From Macrostomum hystrix (taxonomy: Eukaryota > Animalia > Platyhelminthes), in NCBI GenBank assembly GCA_950097015.1, contig CATNEN010000003.1, positions 1,178,001 to 1,242,000 of the forward strand: a stretch of 64,000 nucleotides of DNA, written 5' to 3'. The translations under genes were made by a program, and so were the position numbers. Positions 57,868 to 64,000 of the stretch are shown here, piece by piece. The notes beneath the pieces were generated by a model that saw only the letters and a list, made by a program, of their open reading frames with translations, had not been told where the DNA came from and made no database searches. Numbering within the stretch: position 1 is the stretch's first letter; each line of letters begins with the position of its first letter.

Positions 57868-60800
57868 ATGGTACTCAACTTGGATCCATGCCACGTGCAA
57901 GTGCTGCACTGCTCCCACTGCCAGTTTCTCACTCTGTCGGTGAGTCGCCTACTGGAGCACTGCCACACCCATAGGCAGGCCTCTGGCATTGTGTTCTATC
58001 AGTGCGAAGCCTGCGGCCTAGTTGGCACACACGAGTCGCTGCTGATCGAACACGCCAAAGCCTGGCACAAGGACATTAACCCGGCGCCAGTGAAGATCTT
58101 GTCTCGCTCAACTGTTAGCAACGAAGCCTTGGCAACTAGCGCTTGTGCATTCTGCGACTTTGTCTGCACGGACAGCGAGCACAGCCGCGGTGCTGACCGA
58201 CTGGCCGATCATTATCAAAACCAGCATAATGTGAAGAATGTCAGTTTGGGAATGCATCCGCAGCAGCAGCAGCAGCAGCATGATCAGGCCCGACCAGAAG
58301 GCGATCCAGATTTAGGCGTCGCCGCGGTCGGATTTCGTCGAGTTCTCGACATTCGTCGCAGGCCGGAGTGCCAGCAGATCAGCCTGCAGCATCGGTCGCA
58401 GCGAGTTGGCGCTGACGGCGGCGGCTATCGACGCGTCAGACGGCGCCGTCTGCGCATCGCCGGCATCGTGGACGACGAGGATGACGAAGATGTCGAAGAT
58501 GGCATTGTGGACGAGGATCGCGACGGCGACGATGAAATCGAAATTGACGACGAGGATGTTGAAGGCGGCAGAGGCGCAATAAGGGGACGAAACGGCGCTG
58601 ATGACGACGATTTCGTGATGACAGGCAGTGGCGGCGTTGTTGGCGCACCTTCGATTGTGATCGCGGCGACAGGCGCTGCAGCTAACGACCGAAACTGCTT
58701 GCTGCCGCCATCGCATGGACTGGTGAGCCTACTTCACATCTGCCGACTTATTAAAATAATAATAATTGCAGGAGGGCTGCGGGCAGTGGCACATCATTTG
58801 GTGGCACTAGACCCGCAGCCAGCGAGGAGGCAATTCTGCCCATTTCGCTGACTCCTGAGCACATACGCACACAGATACCGTACGCAGGCACACGCGCTCA
58901 CAGGTGTGTACATCTGCCCTGACTTTCTCATGGTCGGGCAGCGTACACACTCACTGTGCCTTGGAGGTTGGCCCTTAAGGGCGTAAATTGCACGACAAAC
59001 TTTCAAGCCTTCTCTCCGTGGCTGCGCCCAAATGAATGTGGCCTCGCCGCGGAATCGAGCTTAGGCGCCTTGTCCTTCAGGAGACTGCATCTCATTTATC
59101 TCGTCCTTTTTAAGAGTAATGTACTATTGTTCCTTGCCATAAAAATGATTTCCGCCCACTCTGCAGACTCTCAACCTTGTACCAGACGGCCCGCCGCCGT
59201 CGCTTAGCCGACTAGCTGACAATTCGATCATCAAAGTCGACGAAGATGCCGACGAAGACGAGGCAACCGACGATGCTGAGGAATCTTCAACCACAGTTTC
59301 TGGCGGCTTGTTCAATGGGACTGGCAGCGGTCTTGTCACTTATTTTGGTGACGACGACGATGCCGAAGCTGACTACATCGTTGCCAAAGGAGCTGCCGGA
59401 GCGTCGTCTTCGTCGTCATTCGTTCTGGCCAGGCGGCCGGCCGTCGCTTCGGTGTCCTCGACCCCGACTGTCCCGCCGCTGATATTGAGGCACACGAAAG
59501 CGCGTCAGCGTTCCGCCGCTGCGGCAGATTGTTCTACAGCTGGCGCAGCTGCTTCATCTTCATCAGCCTCTCCGATTGATGACGAAAATCCGTCCTCCAC
59601 TGCGGCTGGTGAGAAACTGATTTGCCATTGGATATAGGGATCGAGACCTACCTGAGATACATTGAGATCTACCTGAGATACTGGATATGGGTATTGAGAC
59701 CTACCTGAGATACCGGATATGGGTATTGAGACCTACCTGAGATACTGGATATGGGTATTGAGACCTACCTGAGATACTGGATATGGGTATTGAGACCTAC
59801 CTGAGATACTGGATATGGGTATTGAGTCCTACCTGACATACTGGATATGGGTATTGAGTCCTACCTGAGATACTGGATATGGGTATTGAGTCCTACCTGA
59901 GATACCGGATATGGGTATTGAGTCCTACCTGACATACTGGATATGGGTATTGAGACCTACCTGAGATACCGGATATGGGTATTGAGTCCTACCTGAGATA
60001 CTGGATATGGGTATTGAGTCCTAACTGAGATACTGGATATGGGTATTGAGACCTACCTGAGATACTGGATATGGGTATTGAGTCCTACCTGAGATACCGG
60101 ATATGGGTATTGAGTCCTACCTGAGATACTGGATATGGGTATTGAGTCCTACCTGAGATACTGGATATGGGTATTGAGACCTACCTGAGATACTGGATAT
60201 GGGTATTGAGACCTACCTGAGATACTGGATATGGGTATTGAGACCTACCTGAGATACTGGATATGGGTATTGAGACCTACCTGAGATACTGGATATGGGT
60301 ATTGAGACCTACCTGAGATACTGGATATGGGTATTGAGACCTACCTGAGATACTGGATATGGGTATTGAGACCTACCTGAGATACTGGATATGGGTATTG
60401 AGACCTACCTGAGATACTGGATGTATAAAACAAAAAATATACTTTGAAGTATGCTCTGAGCTGAAAACGCTGTCCCATCTATCCCTATCGCTATTGCCAG
60501 GTTGTCAATTGAAGTGCGACAAATGCGAGATGGTATTCGGCAGTGCCAAGGCCCTGAATCACCACCAGTCTAGGGCGCACGGAGCTCGTGGCGAGCTGTG
60601 CTGCGCCGAATGCCGGACCCGATTTGAGACCACCTTCGGCCTGCAGGAGCACACCCTTCTTGTGCACGGTCGCATTGTTGAACTGTGGGGCTGCGACGTC
60701 TGCCAGCGAGTGTTCACCCATCTGAGCTCAATGCGCCGGCACAAGAGATTGGCCCATTCAAATCAGAAGCTAATCCACGTATGCGGCAAATGCGGCATGG

Positions 60801-60898
60801 TGTTCTCGCGCAAAGACAAATTGCTGCTGCATCACAGGCGTCACGTGCCCTGCTCGCAGCGGCCCGGTGCGAAAACTATTGATAAGAAGGCTTGTTAG
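57868..60898 (+). CDS. C2H2 zinc-finger protein; exons 57868-58722, 59167-59608, 60501-60898
   Basis: Three N-terminal CxxC..H..H units, acidic low-complexity linker, four C-terminal fingers (CDKC, CAEC, CDVC, CGKC); splice phases are consistent. Confidence 0.85.
58755..59075 (-). mobile_element. SINE family 1 copy (ZnF intron 1)
   Basis: Matches 54271-54600. Confidence 0.9.
59643..60423 (+). repeat. 32-bp minisatellite (GAGACCTACCTGAGATACTGGATATGGGTATT)n
   Basis: Tandem array in ZnF intron 2. Confidence 0.98.
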
Positions 60899-60974
60899 GC
60901 CATTGACTAAACTCATCTGCGTTGCCTGCGTGGCTTAAGCTGTGTCTTTGTAATTCTTAGTCTAAGTGGCCTCT

Positions 60975-61258
60975 CGCACCTAGGTCCCTGAGCTCCGGGG
61001 CGTGGCCACATTCATTTGGGGCGCAGCCGCGGAGAGAAGGCTTGGGGACTTGTCGTGCAATTTACGCCAACCTCCAAGGCACAATGAGAGTGTACACTGC
61101 CTGACGATGAGAAAGTCAGGGCAGATGTACACACCTGTGTGTGCGTGTGTGCTCAGGAGTCAGTGAATTGGACAGAATTGCCTCCTCGCTGGCTGCGGGT
61201 CCAGTGTCACCAAATGATGAGCCACTGCCTGCAGCCCTCCTGCAATTATTATAATTAT
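60975..61258 (+). mobile_element. SINE family 1 copy downstream of the ZnF stop codon
   Basis: Reverse complement of 58755-59075; ends ctcctgcaattattataattatt. Confidence 0.9.
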
Positions 61259-62332
61259 TTGTCAGATGTATCTTAATATTAATATCCAGTGGGGAGAGCA
61301 CAGCCTTAAAAATACTGCCATGACTTTCTCATTGTCAGTCTGTGTGATCATGGGCGCAATTTTCACACTCGATCAGCTGGAGATCAAGAAGAAGTACTTT
61401 AGTTGGTTTCTGAATTGTTTTGATTTGATTTGATTTTTTGAGCAATGTTGTACATGGTACATGTATATGCATTCTGAAATATTAAAACATTCATATTTGT
61501 TATGTTCACCATTTGTTAGTTTTTTTGTGGCTTGCAGTTTCTAGCATAACAAGTTATATACTACTTATTAAAACTTATTATGTACAATTCGCGACTTTCA
61601 CTGCTAGACAGGCAGTGGGTAAAACTTCTTTTCCATTTTCCCTAACTTTATAATTATCGCATATTCTCCACACTTGTTACAACCTTTTAAAATAGACCAT
61701 TTTGTTTTGTTATCAGAAAACAAGTTTCTTAGGAATCTAATAGATTTCTATTCATTCTCGGATTCGCTTGAGTTCATACTCTTATCATGCTACTTGTGAG
61801 TAGTTACGCACTCTAGCCAGTCTTTATTTATAGATGCAGCAGCAGTGTTACTGTGCATTTCGCCGTGCTGTTTCTTTGTTTAATTAAACAGAATTTGATT
61901 TCTCTTCGTCAGGCAGAAATCGTTGTCATAAAAGGTTCTGATCATCAGGCCTCTGAAATACAAAAAACAAGCGAGGTCACCAAAATATCCCTAATTACAA
62001 TTTTCCTAGTAGTGCCATTGTCTTCTAAGCGAGTACTATTATAATGTGATTCATCCTTCAATGCTTCATAGCTTTTTATAGTCTGCATTCTGATTGATCG
62101 TGTTTTGTAAATCATTAAATATATTATTGCATACGCTTAGCAATCGCTTTTACCTCTGTTTGTTTGTAGTCTCTAAATACGAAGCTTTTTGTTAATCTTA
62201 ATTATTTTGGCCGACTTAATAGGCTTAGACCTAGAGTGTGGTAAAATTAAACCAACTATTTTAGTCCTGATTTGGCTATTTGTCATTTGTAACGTGACCT
62301 TTCCTAGGGCTGCAAACGGGTAGCCTGTTCAC

Positions 62333-64000
62333 CTTAGTGGCTAAACAGGTAGCTATGGTTGTTCACATGCTGTTCCTTCAGCCTTGCAACTTCAGTGGCT
62401 AAACAGGTAGCTATGGTTGTTCACACCTGTTCCTTCAGCCTTGCAACTTCAGTGGCTAAACAGGTAGCTATGGTTGTTCACACCTGTTCCTTCAGCCTTG
62501 CAACTTCAGTGGCTAAACAGGTAGCTATGGTTGTTCACATGCTGTTCCTTCAGCCTTGCAACTTCAGTGGCTAAACAGGTAGCTATGGTTGTTCACACCT
62601 GTTCCTTCAGCCTTGCAACTTCAGTGGCTAAACAGGTAGCTATGGTTGTTCACACCTGTTCCTTCAGCCTTGCAACTTCAGTGGCTAAACAGGTAGCTAT
62701 GGTTGTTCACCTGCTGTTCCTTCAGCCTTGCAACTTCAGTGGCTAAACAGGTAGCTATGGTTGTTCACATGCTGTTCCTTCAGCCTTGCAACTTCAGTGG
62801 CTAAACAAGTAGCTATGGTTGTTCACATGCTGTTCCTTCAGCCTTGCAACTTCAGTGGCTAAACAGGTAGCTATGGTTGTTCACATGCTGTTCCTTCAGC
62901 CTTGCAACTTCAGTGGCTAAACAGGTAGCTATGGTTGTTCACATGCTGTTCCTTCAGCCTTGCAACTTCAGTGGCTAAACAGGTAGCTATGGTTGTTCAC
63001 ATGCTGTTCCTTCAGCCTTGCAACTTCAGTGGCTAAACAGGTAGCTATGGTTGTTCACACCTGTTCCTTCAGCCTTGCAACTTCAGTGGCTAAACAGGTA
63101 GCTATGGTTGTTCACATGCTGTTCCTTCAGCCTTGCAACTTCAGTGGCTAAACAGGTAGCTATGGTTGTTCACACCTGTTCCTTCAGCCTTGCAACTTCA
63201 GTGGCTAAACAGGTAGCTATGGTTGTTCACCTGCTGTTCCTTCAGCCTTGCAACTTCAGTGGCTAAACAGGTAGCTATGGTTGTTCACATGCTGTTCCTT
63301 CAGCCTTGCAACTTCAGTGGCTAAACAAGTAGCTATGGTTGTTCACATGCTGTTCCTTCAGCCTTGCAACTTCAGTGGCTAAACAGGTAGCTATGGTTGT
63401 TCACATGCTGTTCCTTCAGCCTTGCAACTTCAGTGGCTAAACAGGTAGCTATGGTTGTTCACATGCTGTTCCTTCAGCCTTGCAACTTCAGTGGCTAAAC
63501 AGGTAGCTATGGTTGTTCACATGCTGTTCCTTCAGCCTTGCAACTTCAGTGGCTAAACAGGTAGCTATGGTTGTTCACACCTGTTCCTTCAGCCTTGCAA
63601 CTTCAGTGGCTAAACAGGTAGCTATGGTTGTTCACATGCTGTTCCTTCAGCCTTGCAACTTCAGTGGCTAAACAGGTAGCTATGGTTGTTCACACCTGTT
63701 CCTTCAGCCTTGCAACTTCAGTGGCTAAACAGGTAGCTATGGTTGTTCACCTGCTGTTCCTTCAGCCTTGCAACTTCAGTGGCTAAACAGGTAGCTATGG
63801 TTGTTCACATGCTGTTCCTTCAGCCTTGCAACTTCAGTGGCTAAACAGGTAGCTATGGTTGTTCACATGCTGTTCCTTCAGCCTTGCAACTTCAGTGGCT
63901 AAACAGGTAGCTATGGTTGTTCACACCTGTTCCTTCAGCCTTGCAACTTCAGTGGCTAAACAGGTAGCTATGGTTGTTCACACCTGTTCCTTCAGCCTTG
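62333..64000 (+). repeat. 57/58-bp satellite running off the window end
   Basis: TTCAGTGGCTAAACAGGTAGCTATGGTTGTTCACA(TG/C)CTGTTCCTTCAGCCTTGCAAC tandem units. Confidence 0.99.

Noticed and set aside
59643-64000. Regular repeats as a possible CRISPR array
   Set aside because: Units are head-to-tail with no unique spacers, there are no cas genes, and the context is eukaryotic.

Overview
Eukaryotic (animal) genomic DNA with GT-AG introns, many intronic minisatellites, tRNA-derived SINEs, MITEs and non-LTR retrotransposons. The style suggests a free-living flatworm such as Macrostomum, which is inference only. The left 26 kb holds a minus-strand cluster of type I membrane receptor genes that the ORF track fragments; I spliced them by hand. 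Gene A (1836-3983) has 5 exons and encodes about 499 aa with a tyrosine-free tail. A pseudogene lies at about 7200-9100. Genes B (9521-14198, about 750 aa) and C (17096-26008, about 699 aa) are intact 14-exon paralogs with identical intron phases. Both encode a signal peptide, a discoidin-like domain, four atypical Ig-like domains (B-strand Cys lost, C-strand Trp replaced by Cys), a TM helix and tyrosine-rich signalling tails. Their Ig exons are highly diverged, while exons 2-3 are nearly identical, suggesting gene conversion. This candidate immune or recognition receptor family is the most interesting signal in the window. The right part (plus strand) holds ISOC2, two orphan NUP88-like C-terminal exons, a UPF0488/C8orf33 homolog, a DEG/ENaC channel, a universal stress protein and a C2H2 zinc-finger gene. 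All gene models and alignments were made by eye; no database search was run.
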